64,000 nucleotides of DNA from Podarcis pityusensis (taxonomy: Eukaryota). The DNA lies in the NCBI GenBank assembly GCA_964106645.2, contig OZ067039.1, one strand, 5' to 3'. Below, piece by piece: positions 1 to 13,242 of this stretch (position 1 is the first letter of the stretch; each line of letters opens with the position of its first letter). A program made the translations under genes and the position numbers. Under the pieces are notes generated by a model. That model did no database searches. It worked only from the letters and a program-made list of their open reading frames with translations, and had not been told where the DNA came from.

Positions 1-79
1 CCTTGTACATGAGGTTGCTGTGCATGGGACAACTAAAATGTATGACAACCTACACTGTTTTTGCCTTTCCATTGTCTCC

Positions 80-534
80 TGTAATGGTTCTAGGGGTTGC
101 TCGTGCGTAAGCCGGTGCTTATCTCCCCGGCTGGGTGCAAACACCTGGCTGGGTTGCCTAAGTGAACCTTTTCTGTCCGGACAGCCACTCACCCGTGGCT
201 GACTCAATCGCTGGCAGAATCCGTCAGTGGGCGTTTCTTAAACTTCTTCCAGCAAAGAAGCTCTTTGACGCCTAGTCTCCTCCTACTCTCTCTGCGTGAA
301 AGCCTTCTGCGCAAGGAGGGCGTAGGCAGCGGAGGACCCCTACTCTCCCCGCTGGTCCCAGGCAAGGAGTCATGGGACCGCTTCGCCGCTTCCCCCATCT
401 GCCCCCCTTCTCCACTGGTGCTACGCTGATTCTCTTCCCCAGAAGATGGGCTGCTCCTCCCGATCCCTGGACACTCTCTGGAATCCCTCTGGCCTTTGCT
501 CTCTCCCTCCGGCACTGATGGCAGTTCCCTGACA
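80..534 (-). mobile_element. Solo LTR (Gypsy-like LTR retrotransposon), copy A
   Basis: TG..CA termini (minus strand TGTCAGG..TTACA); flanks tctcc/tcccc form a near-TSD; shares blocks GTTGCTCGTG.GTAA, GGCAGAATCC, CTGCGCAAG and ATGGCAGT..CCTGACA with 30255-30725. Confidence 0.75.
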
Positions 535-2147
535 TCCCCTGTGTGTTTTGGCAACATTTGTGCCCTTTTCATTAACCATCTGGCAAGGATGCTGTCCAGA
601 GAAAAATCACTTCTGGTTAAATCCCCTTGAAATCAATGAGATGCCAATTCTTAAATTCAACTTGGGACCAGTCTTTCATTTAAATGGGACTTAAGAACAC
701 CCCCAACCAAAAAATGCCCGCCATGTATTCCAGCCTTGATGTTCCACAAGAAAGGCAGATGCACCCCTCTTTTTTCTCTGTGGCTCGGTTTCTCATACTT
801 AACCATTACGACTCAGCAGCTGAGTTTGCTTTCTGTTATTGGTTTTGTTTATAGGAAACCCTTCATCAAAAGACAACAGGGTGGTTTACAGTGCGCAGTA
901 AAACAATAAAATCAAACAACAACATTGCAACCAATAAAACAATAAAATTCAAACAAGAATTTGCAGATCCATAGTAGCACAGCAGCAAATTAATAAATAT
1001 AGGTAACCCAGCTCTAATGAGTGAGGATGGCACAAAGGCCTGGGTGAATAAAAGATGGTGATGAATTATCAGCGCCGGAGATGCAGGACACGGCACTACT
1101 GCAGAGAAGGCCTTCCCACAGTTCACAGAACAGGCAATGTCCACAGCCAGGACGACAATAGGATGGTGGATGGTGCAGCGAGAGCTAGCTGGTTTATGGA
1201 GACACTAAATAGCAAGGAAGTTGTCATTTTGTGAAAAAAATACAAAATTCCTGAGCTTCCCCACCTTTAGAAAAAGGGGCAGGAGGCTTAGAAAATAAGT
1301 GCTTTACCCTTAACAAGCACAGTTGTCAGTTTCTATTTTTTATAGACCAGAAGAAGCAGAATTCTTTGGGCTTATTGTCTCCTTCTGGAAGCCCTCAAAG
1401 TAAATGACTTTAATTGCTTGGCTTTGCCTACCTCAGCTGAGGCTGAAACAGCCTGTATTCACTTATCATTTTGTATCATATATAAAAATCCCATGGTTAT
1501 TTCCCCTCCCTTCTCTTCCTGAAGTGGTGGTTTGTACATGTGATTATTCTGAGTGATATCCTCAGCAAGCTCCAGGGGAAAGAAAGCCTCCAGTGTCATA
1601 GGAAACATTATGAGAAGATTGATGCAGGCAGATTTAGCCGTAGGTAGGGTTATTTGTTTGACTTCAGAATCAAAACATGTGGGAGGTTGTTGCCGACAGG
1701 CTTATAGTAATGCTGGCAAAGCAACAACAAAAAAAGGGAAATAAAAGAATCACATCTAGTGGGAGGGTGGGAAGAACCACTTTAATTCATTGTGGTGTGA
1801 GCATAAGGCATTTGAGTTTCAGACAATCTTATGGGCCCAGCTCTACAAGCTCTACTATTGGTTGCACCCAGTAGCTTTTCCATAGATCAGGAGATAAAAG
1901 CAGAAACTAAAGACATGACTCAGTCTGTGCGTTGACTGTGGCAATGTGTGCCATAGCAGGTGGACGGGAAGTAATGAAGCTGGAGGGAAGTAGTCAGGAA
2001 TTGAGTTAATCATCCCCTGAATTTACTTCAGAAAGAAACTTGTAGCTTTCGGTCCAGTGTAACAGACAGAACAACAGAATTAGAGAAAAGGAAAGACCAA
2101 AAGGCATCTTGTCCATCCCTGTAGATATATTCACAGGGTGTCATGGG

Positions 2148-2279
2148 GAGGCTGGCCGGATGTTAAATGAGCTCTTGCACCTTTAATATGTGGAAGGAAG
2201 AATTTCAGCTGAAGTTCCTAATTCTTCAGAGCTATTAAAGGTGCTTGAGCTCTGTCTTCTTTTACATCTGGTCACCCTA
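2148..2279. mobile_element. Palindromic MITE (hAT-Blackjack-like end TGGTCACCCTA)
   Basis: Inverted arms gagctcttgcacctttaata / tattaaaggtgcttgagctc; right end ACATCTGGTCACCCTA. Confidence 0.5.
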
Positions 2280-3183
2280 TTCTGTTCATATTTGTGGCAA
2301 GCCTCTGGTGCACCAGATGAAGAATGTTAGATTAAGACTCTAGTAAACAAAATCCCATTACCATTGGGCCACAAATGCAGCACTAGAACAGAAAAACAGT
2401 ACGCCAACATGGGAGAGTTTTTGGGTTTTGTTTGCTGCTTCCTTTGTTCTGGAGAGGTTCAATATTTTGCTATTGTAGTAGATAGTCTTTTAGTCTTTTA
2501 AAAAGCACTTCCTGATTGTCAGAAAGGTCAATAATTCCCAAACAAACCATTATTTTTGTGTCATTGGTTTTGACAGCACCTCAAAGGTCTTTCAAAGAGT
2601 CGGAAGTCAGTGCCACTTTTGAGGTGATTCTAAATTGGCTTTAATAATAAGCAGGTGCCCCAGATAATTTTCCTATTCTGGCACTTCAGCCCTGTAGAAT
2701 TTGAGAAATTTTGGGAAGTGATTCCTTTTAACTTCTTGGTCATTTGTTTGTTTTTGGTGTGCATCTGCAAGTTTTGGAGTCTCATTGAACTCTTCAGTCA
2801 GAAATTACTAAAAACTGCCATCTTTTCTCTCCACGTCTTAACCAGCTTAACTATCACACCTTCTCTGAAGAAATCCTAGTGGCTATAGCTCTGTGAATAT
2901 GCCAATAATCTTTCTAATTGAATTTTTAACAACTTCACAAAACTATGCTTCACAGGTTCCTTGGGAAAATCCATAATGGTCAAACCAGTTTCCATTTGTG
3001 GTATAAATATTGCTAAATTATTCTGCTCCAAAATGGTAAATTTTATATCAAGATGAGTTGACATTTAGGCATAAATTAAGCTTAGGCTTTTTAAATTTCA
3101 GTATTTAAATGCCCATTCTTGTAAAAAGGAACTGCTTCCTCCCTGTACCTCTCTTTTATGTCTATGCTTGTTTTCTTCCCTAG

Positions 3184-3353
3184 GATCGTTCCTGTTCTAG
3201 AACATGCATCACCACAAACCTCACCAAGCAACCTGTCCAGCTCTGACAGTTTAGATGTCACCAGGACATACTCCCAAAGAGCAAGTCGCTATGACCTGGA
3301 TGAAATCGATGCTTGCTGGCTGGAACTCTTCAACATGGAGCTTAAGGAAATGG
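3184..3353 (+). CDS. JADE2: JADE2 internal coding exon (N-terminal EPC/EPL1-like region; ..YDLDEIDACWLELFNMELKEM)
   Basis: Acceptor ttttcttccctag|G and donor ATGG|gtaagt; 170 nt, phase 2 to 1. YDLDEIDAxWLEL motif is typical of JADE proteins. Joins in frame to the 24328 exon (G+AA=Glu). Confidence 0.93.
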
Positions 3354-3559
3354 GTAAGTGGTGGTGGTGGTGGTGGTGTTTGTTGTTGTTTTTAATTCTC
3401 TCTTGGGTTGCACACTCACCAGTCTTAAACCAAAGGCAAATTTTCACAACCAGTAGGCTTTCGTGCATATTGTTGAAAAAAGAAGGGAAAAACTGTCCCA
3501 GTCTATGAAGGATGATGATCTTTGAGAAGTTGAAAGGCAATAGGCAAAAGTCAATCTAG

Positions 3560-3790
3560 ATGGAGGATAAGGCTGCAGTTGGTTACTGGACATTGTCTGT
3601 TCTCTGCCTCCATATCAGAGGCAGTATGCTTCCAAATACCAGTTGCAGGAAACCATGGTATGCTGGGAATGCTCTTCTGCTCATGTTCTGTTTGTAGGTT
3701 TCCCACAGGCATCTGGTTGGCCATTTTGAAAACAGGATGCTGCACTAGATGGGCCTTTGGCCTGATCAGCAGGCTTTTCTTATGTTCTTA
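3560..3790 (+). mobile_element. CR1-clade LINE 3' end (older family)
   Basis: GGCATCTGGTTGGCCA..AGGATGCTGCACTAGATGGGCC..TTCTTATGTTCTTA tail. Confidence 0.75.
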
Positions 3791-6700
3791 CTGATATTTT
3801 TTTTAATAGCACCCATTACTTTGGGATTATTGTGACTCTTTCATATCCTACAAATGTTATAAGCAAAAAAGGGAGGAGGAGAAGTTATAATGACTAAGAT
3901 GCATTCTTACTTTAGCAGTACATTATTTGCCTAGGACAATTATTTTGCACTAGTGGACATATCTGCCAATCACTTTGTCCCTTCCAGATTTGGGTAGAGT
4001 GTGTTTGGGGACAGCCCCATGGACTAGGACTCTGTATGTTACCAAGGCAAGATAGCTCCACGTTACTGATTTCCTCTAGCCTCCTGCTGTTCTGGTGAAG
4101 GGTCATATTTGTGAGCATACCTCACCATAGCCTATCTGAGCCTTCAATATACTCAGTTCTGTGAAGTGAGATGGTGCTGTGGCCTCCAGTTTTTGCAAGG
4201 TTGACACAGCCATTTACCGAACGTATTACAGCAAATAAGCTGGGAATTTACCACATATCTCCTTCACTGAGGGTTTTCCCCCCTTCTCAGGACTAAGCTA
4301 TATTTATACAGTATACATGCACAGCCCCCACAATCACACTCTTATGAAAGATTGGGTTGAGGTAGATGTCACAGCGTGTGTGTAAAGGTGTGATAAACTC
4401 CATAACACATTTATGTCATTTCTCTAGGGCTGTGTCCTACATTTTTATCCTACACTAAAGTTGTAAGCCTGCGCAAACTTATTTCTGAGTATGCCACATT
4501 AAAGACAGTAGAAATAGGACTGTAAAGCAGTCCGGGAAGTTTTGACTTAGAAGTGTCCAAAGTCTTGCTTTAATTAGTACCTTGTTTCCCTTCCCTTCCA
4601 TTGCTGGTTCCACAAATTCTCATATTGCAGTGGGAATTCCCTGCTTAAAAGTGGGTATGGGGACAGATCTGTAGCCATATGGATTGTAGATTTGTTGGCA
4701 CATTGGTCTGAAAATGCAAGGTTTCCAAGAAGTCAAGTGACACCTTATTGGGGCCATCCTGAGAAAATAAGGCAGCTTTAGAGTTGTACCAAATTAGGAC
4801 CCTAATAGGGGGTCCTAATTTTAGCTTATGGAAGGCAGTGTGTTGGCTGTTGCCTGTTCCTCATCTTGTATATTCCATTTTAAAAACAAACTAGTTCTTG
4901 TCCTCAAAGGAAAAGCAACAATGAAGAATTGCACAGAAGCTTACTGCTACATAGAGGGTAAGGAAAATACCTATTAGAACCTCTAGTTCACCCGCCTGAT
5001 GACATGGAATTGCTCTACCTAGTATAATTTCTAATGCCTTTTCCATGCTAGTTTATATCCTCCACCCCTGAGATGGGATTTTTAGCTGTGCTGATTATAC
5101 ATGCCTCCCAGAAATAAACAAATATTCTACTTTTCTGGAGTACTTTCAATATAAAGTAGACATCTTTACCCAGAAACAGAAAAGCCTCAATATAAACAAA
5201 ATGTACAATTAATTCATCAAGAACAAAACAGAAAAAGTCCGTTTTCTTTTTCAGAAGCTCATGCTGGCTATCAGCTCCCCTACTTGGTGAAAATACGCAA
5301 TGTAAAGAGCTGCCAACCGATAACGTGATGAACATTTAACTGTGTCTGATGGTTTTATTGGTTGCTGCTGCTGCCATGTGCGATAATAAAGAAAGTTGGT
5401 CTAAAGTAATTTGGATCAAACACTGAACTACATTCACATATAGGACATTATAGGCAGCATAAGACTGTTTTCCTTTTAAGCAGAAGCTGGGCCATTTGTG
5501 TTTTTATTAAGATTTCACGCCATATATTGTGATCTCCGTTTAATCCAAAGCTATTGTATGGTTGTGACTAGTGAGACTTCAAAGGCATGAAAAGTCCCTT
5601 CGCTGTTACATAGCCATCTCTCCCTCCCCCCCCCCGAGCCCCCCTTCTTTTCTATCCTCCTGATCACTAGCTGAGCTCAGTCTCTTTCTGCCACAAATAT
5701 ATTCTCAGAGAATTTGCAAAAAGACAATGGGTTTTATCTAGTGAAGTCATCCCATTACTGCAAGGGCTTCCACCTGTAGCTCAAAGGTTCTTCCTATGAA
5801 TCTCAAATTTAATCTCAGCTGTTCTAACGATTTCCTTTGACACAAACTTCTCTGCATCACTGCACATAGGACTGAGCTTAGATTTTCAGTTTCCATATTC
5901 TCGTGCTCCTGCTCCCTCCACTGTGGTTGGCATCTTAGGCTCCTCCTTGGGCCACAGTGGCAACAGCTATGGGTACTATTGCTTCACAAGAACACCTTTT
6001 TATAACTTATTTCCCACAAGAGACAGAGAAACAGTGGGAAACCAATGACCACCCCCCCATCCTAGTATATGTGAAGAGGACCTCCAGCTCCTATTGCAAG
6101 CAATGTCTTAGCCCAGCTCAGAGCCATAGTAAGATAATTTACTCCTTTTTTTGCCTTTAGAGGCAAGCAGAACAACTTTTCCAGCTCTGTTCTTCTATAC
6201 CTCTTAGGGGCTAGTTGAGAAGCTGATGACCCCATTGCCTGCCTCAAGCATTATACCATGGAAATATCTGTTTGTGCTCCTAAGAAGGAGATATGATCAT
6301 TCCAACTGACTTCCATCTTTTGTTGTGATGGGGGTACTTTTTCTTTAGCAGTTGCCCAATGGCCCCAAATACTGCAAATCCAGCTTTTCCAAGTAGCCCT
6401 ACTTCCAAAAATTTAACACAGCCCTAACTAGAAGAGTTACCTGGCCTGTTTATTGAAATGCTAAGACTCTTCAAGGTATATTCCATTCTGATGGTCCTAG
6501 GCTGCTGTCCTTCTCTCGGACTAAGTCTCATTGAATTCCTTAGGGCTTATTTTTTGAACGCACGTAGGATCATTTTGTTTTGTTAATTCGTTAATTAGTT
6601 ACAGGATGTAACTGGAAGTAGGCGATGTCTTTAGTCACCTGAGGCGAAGTGGGTATGAAACAGTTCCAGAGGGATGGTCGCAAGATCACATGTTCTAAAT

Positions 6701-9211
6701 GTAACTGCACCATAATGTCCTCTATAATCTACTGGTGAAGGTAGCAAATAATAGAAAACGAACCAGCAGGAAGACTCCCAAGAGAATGTGTGGCTTTAAG
6801 CCAGAGAGCCCAGAGTCTGAAAACACAAATAGCAGCTTGCCCTAGAATCCAGAGTCTCCAAAGGAAGCTCTTTAAAAATGGACAACTGACTAAAGGAACT
6901 TTTAAGAGCTAAATACACATAAATAAACCGCAGCAATGCTGATGAAGGGAAAACCAGAAAGCCCTGTGTGGTTTGTTTGATGGCAATAAAATAAGTGGGC
7001 CACAGATTCAGCAAAAGATTTATAGTAGGTGTCTTGGCAGTTTCTAATACAGGAAATCAGCAAGCAGGCAAGGTAGATGCTTCTTGTTTTAAAAGCCAAC
7101 TTGTGTAAAAATATTCATTGGACTGTAAGATGGCATGATACTGTATATTAAAGATTGCCTTAATATATCCTTTCATATTCAGTCACGATGCTATAATTCA
7201 TAGGATGCAGTTGTATGTGTTTGTAGGTGTTTGTGTAGGTGTAGACTGTAGGCAACAAAACCATATCAAATTACTAGTGAAAGACTCAGAGACCACAATA
7301 TGTTATTTTCAAATCCATTGTGAAATGCACTTCAGATTGTTCATCTAAAGCATCCCGTGGATCTTGGAATTCAGAATCAAAGGCTTCCCTACCGAACTGT
7401 CTGACCAAAGACTTGGAAAGCATGTTATGACATCAGAGCAACTAAGCCGATTGCAATTGGAGAGTTAGAATATTGGGGGTCTTCTTTAGGCATTTAATGG
7501 CATAGAGATCCTTGCATCTTTAGAGTAAGGAACCTGGCCACTTGCAAGAGTAACAAGCCTACTGTGGCATGAGAGCATTAGCATCAATAGTAGCAGAGCA
7601 ATCAGAGGGGATGCAGTACTGTCAAAAAAGAAGTTTAACAGTATTCATTGTCTGTCATCCAGGCAGGCTTGCACATATTAATACTGAACTATCAAGTCAT
7701 ATGAGTGACTGGTTTTCAATACATATGTCTAAGCAATACAGAATTCATAAGAATCAGTGCTAAATTCTGTTACCTGTATAAATTATACAAATTGGACAAC
7801 TTCACGTACTTTATTTTGCAATTTAACAAATTTGCATAATTCAAACATGGGGAAGGCAAGGAGCCGCTGAAAATCTTTGACATCACCTGTCTGACTTCTT
7901 GATATCTCAGCACAATTTAAAGCATATATTTCACACTATTTATGCCATTTCAAGCATATCTTCAAATCCATAAGAAGCAGAAATTACTCTTTTTAAAGCT
8001 GAAAGCTGATATTCTCAGGGAGTTGAATTCTCTGCTTTTTCCTGCAATACGACTATTGTTTATGCCAGAGGTTTTCAACCTTTTAAAGTCTACAGCTCAA
8101 AACTACATTCTTTCTGCGGCACATCTTCCCTTATTGAGTGTACCCTCAGCCTAGAAACTGTCCAGCACTGGCATTTTCATTCCTCCATCACTCTTGAGTA
8201 TGGTAGACAAAAGTGTGTCAACTAGCCCTGGTGGAACGCTGAATGCACCAGGTCCCGTGGTACAAAGGTCTTACTAAGACTGATAAGTTTAAGGGTACCT
8301 GGTGACTCCCCCAGGTGTTTGTTACTTGATCTGAAGGGCACATTCAAACTCCAGTCTCACAGCTCAGTCTTTGGAGACACTTAGTTTAGGACAGTGATCA
8401 CTCGTGATTTTTGGTATACCTCACATAATATTTTTATGACATTTTTCAATTTTAGCTTTGAGGTGCTTTCTCCCAAAAAGTTATATGCTGCATTGTATTT
8501 GCAGCTCCACTGTGCTGTTTACGTTTCTCTCTTTTATTATATTATCCTTTCTACCATTTTTCTTCCTCTGTTTGTCCTTCTTTGAGTCTTGGAGCTGCTT
8601 TCTCTACTTGCATAACAGAATGAAATAAAGGCATATTGGAGGGGCAGGAGGGGAGAAAATTGTAGCTGCTCAGGTACCGATGGCCAAGCTAGGAGTCCTT
8701 CCTGTTCCCCCAAGGGTCTCTTGTGCCCTTCAAGTGGGGAGGGTGGCCCCTACCGATTTGAGAAATCCTGATCTAATGCACAGTCTCCAGTAAGGCTTAA
8801 TTAAGGTCTATTTATTCCTCAAGGAGGAAGGGAAAGCAGTTATTAAATTGAGCTTGGGTGCGTGGGAGCAAAGCTCTTCTCATGAGCAGTTGATTTCCTG
8901 ATCAGTCTTGTTTGTACTGCCAGTAACAGCTGATTAGAGGCACTGTCAATAATGTCTCTGTGTTCGGCTTTCTCCTGATGAGGGGGGCTGAGAGATGAAG
9001 ATACACTTGTAGATGGAACTGTAGGAGATGTTTCACATATAATTTCCTGAAATACAGTTTAGTATATTGGTCTTTTACAAAACAGCTAGCACTTGATTTT
9101 GAAATAAATAATTCTCTTGTACACTTTGTAGACCCAGAAATGTGTATACTTTACAACTGGTTTCGACTTTAATCATCAGCATCTATATTTTACTCAGTTT
9201 TTGGACCAGAG

Positions 9212-9395
9212 CACATATGCCTTCTACCAGAACAGACTGTTCATCCATCAAACCCAGTATTGTTCACTTTGCGTGGCAGTGACTCTCCAGGGAGTCAGGC
9301 AGAGGCATCTTTAACATCACTTGCAATGTGGTTTCCTAATTGGAGATGCCAGAGATTTAACTTGGGGACAAAGCATGTTCTCCAACACTGAATAG
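9212..9395 (-). mobile_element. Old tRNA-derived SINE remnant
   Basis: TGGCAGTGACTCTCCAGGG..GGAGATGCCAGAGATTTAACTTGGG parallels the 27811-28150 copy. Confidence 0.5.
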
Positions 9396-9534
9396 GGTAG
9401 TAGTCTGGCTAGTGCTTTCTGTGTTCTGCAATGTGTGTCTTATGAATGGGTAAGGTGGATAAGTAGAACGCAAACCCTACTCCAGTGGTTTTCAGACTTG
9501 GTAAGGTGCATAAGTAAGAATGCAAACCCTACTC

Positions 9535-10425
9535 CAGTGGTTTTCAGACTTTCTTGTCTGGACCAAACTTCCTTGTCTGAATAAAAATTTGTTCACGCCA
9601 CACCAAATTTTTTTTTACCGATATATACATTGGGAAACAAAAAGAAACGACCCCTAGAATCATAGTATCATAGAATCATAGAGTTGGAAGAGACCACAAG
9701 GGCCATCGAGTCCAACCCCCTGCCAAGCAGGAAACACCATCAGAGCACTCCTGACATATGGTTGTCAAGCCTCTGCTTAAAGACCTCCAAAGAAGGAGAC
9801 TCCACCACACTCCTTGGCAGCAAATTCCACTGTCGAACAGCTCTTACTGTCAGGAAGTTCTTCCTAATGTTTAGGTGGAATCTTCTTTCTTGTAGTTTGG
9901 ATCCATTGCTCCGTGTCCGCTTCTCTGGAGCAGCAGAAAACAACCTTTCTCCCTCCTCTATGTGACATCCTTTTATATATTTGAACATGGCTATCATATC
10001 ACCCCTTAACCTCCTCTTCTCCAGGCTAAACATGCCCAGCTCTCTTAGCCGTTCCTCATAAGGCATCGTTTCCAGGCCTTTGACCATTTTGGTTGACCCC
10101 TGGCAGTGCTTGATTTATAACAAGCGAAATCAATTACCTTATAAGATGAACATGGGGAATCCAGAAAGTATAAAACAACAAGTCTTCTCCAGCACTTTTG
10201 AACCGTGATTCTGGATCACAACTAGGGTTGTCCTCAGTATCGATTGATGCTCCCGTTCTCATTTTGAAAAGATACCTATCCATATTCTTCAATATAAATA
10301 TATATAGAGAGAGACAGTACAGATACAGATACTATACTGTACTGAAATGTTTAAATGTTTCTTTGATTGTCCTTGAATCTTCTTGCCACACCAATACGGC
10401 ACGCCACACCCTTTGAGAACCACTG
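9535..10425. mobile_element. Non-autonomous hAT (Charlie-like) element hosting the CR1 insertion
   Basis: TIRs CAGTGGTTTTCAGAC / TTTGAGAACCACTG; 8-bp TSD ccctactc/ctctactc; subterminal GCCACACC repeats. Confidence 0.8.
9656..10094 (-). mobile_element. CR1 LINE, 5'-truncated young copy (ORF2 C-terminus plus 3' UTR)
   Basis: ORF YEERLRELGMFSLEKRRLRGDMI..RKNFLTVRAVRQWNLLPRSVVESPSLEVFKQRLD is the canonical CR1 C-terminus; (ATTCTATG)n-type tail; 7-bp flanking repeat GACCCCT at 9649-9655 and 10095-10101. Confidence 0.95.
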
Positions 10426-13215
10426 CTCTACTCTGTTGCCCTTTTCATGTTCCGATCTTTATTGAATTAAGGATTGGTTAAAGATTCTTTAAACTCCCCC
10501 CTCCCGCCCTCCCCTGAGCTGTGTTACAATCTATTTTATTTTGTCTTTGCAGTGCCTTGTAGGTATCTTCAATTTATGGAACTGATCTTTTTTTGCGCTT
10601 CAGTGAATGAAGTCTGAATCAAAATCATTGATATATTGGTATTGTATCTGAAGTAGTGCTTAATACTGTTCCGTCTTTCATCTCCTTGGCACTGTGTATT
10701 TTATTTCTTGAATTGTGGGTGGGATGTGGGAAGCCATGTCCTTTTAAGCATGGATTCTACTTCCTTTAATTGTCAGGCCCACTTCCTTCTATCTGCTTTC
10801 CAACCAGTTCCTGTGGTATAGATCATCCTTGTTCATGTCTGACTACATATTGCTATTCATATATTACAAACAGGAGGAGGATGACATTAAGAGTTAGTTC
10901 ACCCATTTGTCTTCCACATGTATGGTTACCAAGCTCTTTGATTTTGTAGGGGAAGTGAACTCATCTTAGGATAAAGTTTGCAGGAAATACCCTATAATCA
11001 GTTTAGAAGGCAGCTTTCATTTTCTTGGAACTCTTTTTGGTAACCCATGTGTTGCACAAGAAGCTTTCAAGTGAGGGCTGAATTTTTTTGTTCTCATCTC
11101 TTTTTGTATGAATAAGAAAACCAGTAAACCCACTGCCACTTAACACTGTGTTAACAGTTTTGAATGGAGGATGCAATCAATCATAGGAATTAGATGTGAA
11201 CTAACAATTATAGAAGCCTTGGAAACAGATCTGGTCTACTTAGTTTTTCACCACTGTCAATCTGAAGCAGCTCCATTGGACATTCCAGAGCTGATTTTGT
11301 TGGTCTTTCATTAAATAAGTTATTACTTTTTACAGAACATGTGCAACATTGCTATTAAAATTGATTTTTTTCAAATGTATGCAGCCGTGGGATGCATTAT
11401 TAAGTTCATAATATGAAGTATTTAAAAGCCCTCAAGTGATCAATACAAATAAGTGCTTTATAACTAGAGAGACCCGAGGTCTCATTGACTGCAATATTTG
11501 CCTTCATGGGGGCGCAGAAGCATAATTCGAGGAAAATGTTCTGCTGTATTAGAATTAAAAATCCATGCAGATCTCTCTGGGACAGCACTTGAGGAGCTAG
11601 TAGTGATTCAGTTACTGCTGGAAAATCCATTAGGATTACCACTTCTGATGTAGTGGATGTTCTTACAAAGAATGATAGAAAAAATGACAAAGCCAGATTT
11701 GTTGATGTTCCGATCATTTTACTTTGCCTGTGGTTGTGATCCTATTACAGACTTAATCCTACTAAAAAGCACCATTGAACTCAGTGGGATAGAACTGTGT
11801 TGTAACATAAGGAAAAGGGCCTTTTCAGTTGTGGCATTCCTTCCCTAGAGAAGCCCAGCTAGTGCAATCACTACTGTTCTTTGAGAAAACAGTGAAAACA
11901 GGTTTAGATAATTCTCCACGTTCATTTAATCCTACTCCAGGACCCCCAGTACAGGAGCAGTGCTTCTTTGGGAGCATTGGGGAGGTATGTAAGTTGCTGC
12001 TTTCCCTGCCCCTATCTCCTGGTAAGCCCCCCTCATACACACACAGGAACAGGGCTATATAGGGGCAGCACTGGGGGCACTTTGCCCAGAACCTCCTCAA
12101 AACCTGGAGCCAGTTATGCATTCGGACTTGAGAGGATACTAGGAACAAAATAGCCTCATAATCAGAGTTGTCTCAGAACAGTTCTGTGATAGGAGAGCTT
12201 TAATTCAGAGGCTGTGTGTGCTGATTATAAAGTGACTTCTAAAAACATTTTGCCATCATCTTAAATTTAAGAAATAATTGATGTTGGTGGGTGGCATAAA
12301 GGGTGCTAATTGGTTCCTGTAAATCTTTTAAGTGCATTAGCGGGATGTGCTCATAATGAAATATCTAGGAGCTTCATAGCGCACACTTGGCTCATCTGTT
12401 AGCTGTATTTTGTTTCATTTATGGAGAAGGGTTTGTATGGCACTCATCACTGTATCACCTGAGCATCTTAATGCACCACTTTAAAAAGAAGCAAGCAAGC
12501 ATTGTGTTGTTCCTTTTATTCCTCTTACAAAGGAAGCAAAATCAGAGGTAAATATTTAGAAAGGAAGGAAGCATGGAAGGGTCCCATCAATTTCTAAATA
12601 ATCCCTTTGACGTTCATGGGATATATCCAGAGCTGGTGATTTCTCAACAAGTTCACCTCCCGATCCTAACAGAAAGCAAGTTTTAGCGATTTCAGAGGAA
12701 AGCACTTGCATGTACTTAAACAGAGATCTCCACCAATATTGAAGTTCGGTCACCGGTATTTTTGATTTAGGACTTGTGAGTTCAGAAAGCACTGGAAAAT
12801 GTGATTTTAATGAACTTATATGCTAAGAAGGTTTTTAAAAATATACCCCTTCCAGCTCAGAATTTCCTGACCCCACCATGCTGTAGCCAGATTGCATGAT
12901 TTATCTTTTGACAGAACTCTGCCTCTAATTTCCATTGGAATATTTGAAATGATTTGGTATCATTGTCACTGAACAATCAGAGCACACCAGGACAAAAATC
13001 GTATGTGCCCAAAATCCAAAGGAAGGGTTTGGGGGATTAAGGGAGAGAACCAGTCCTATTTATTTCTCGTGCTTTGAAATCCCAGTTCACATTCTGATAG
13101 TTTTAATAGTTTTTATTCTTGCAGAATCCCTGTGGGGTAGGTAAAGGGCATTTTCAAAATAAAGCAGACAGATTTTAAGTGCCTTTCTTTAAGCTATCTA
13201 CAGAAAGAACATTAT

Positions 13216-13242
13216 TGTTGTTGTTGTTGTTGTTGTTGTTGC
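13216..13242. repeat. (GTT)n microsatellite
   Basis: Direct reading. Confidence 0.9.

Noticed and set aside
535-572. ATG-started 122-aa ORF (204-572) as a host gene
   Set aside because: The ATG lies in flanking DNA outside the LTR and is not shared with copy B; only the LTR-internal frame is supported.
3354-3508. Poly-Trp and poly-His ORF extensions
   Set aside because: Translation of a (GGT)n microsatellite just inside the intron.
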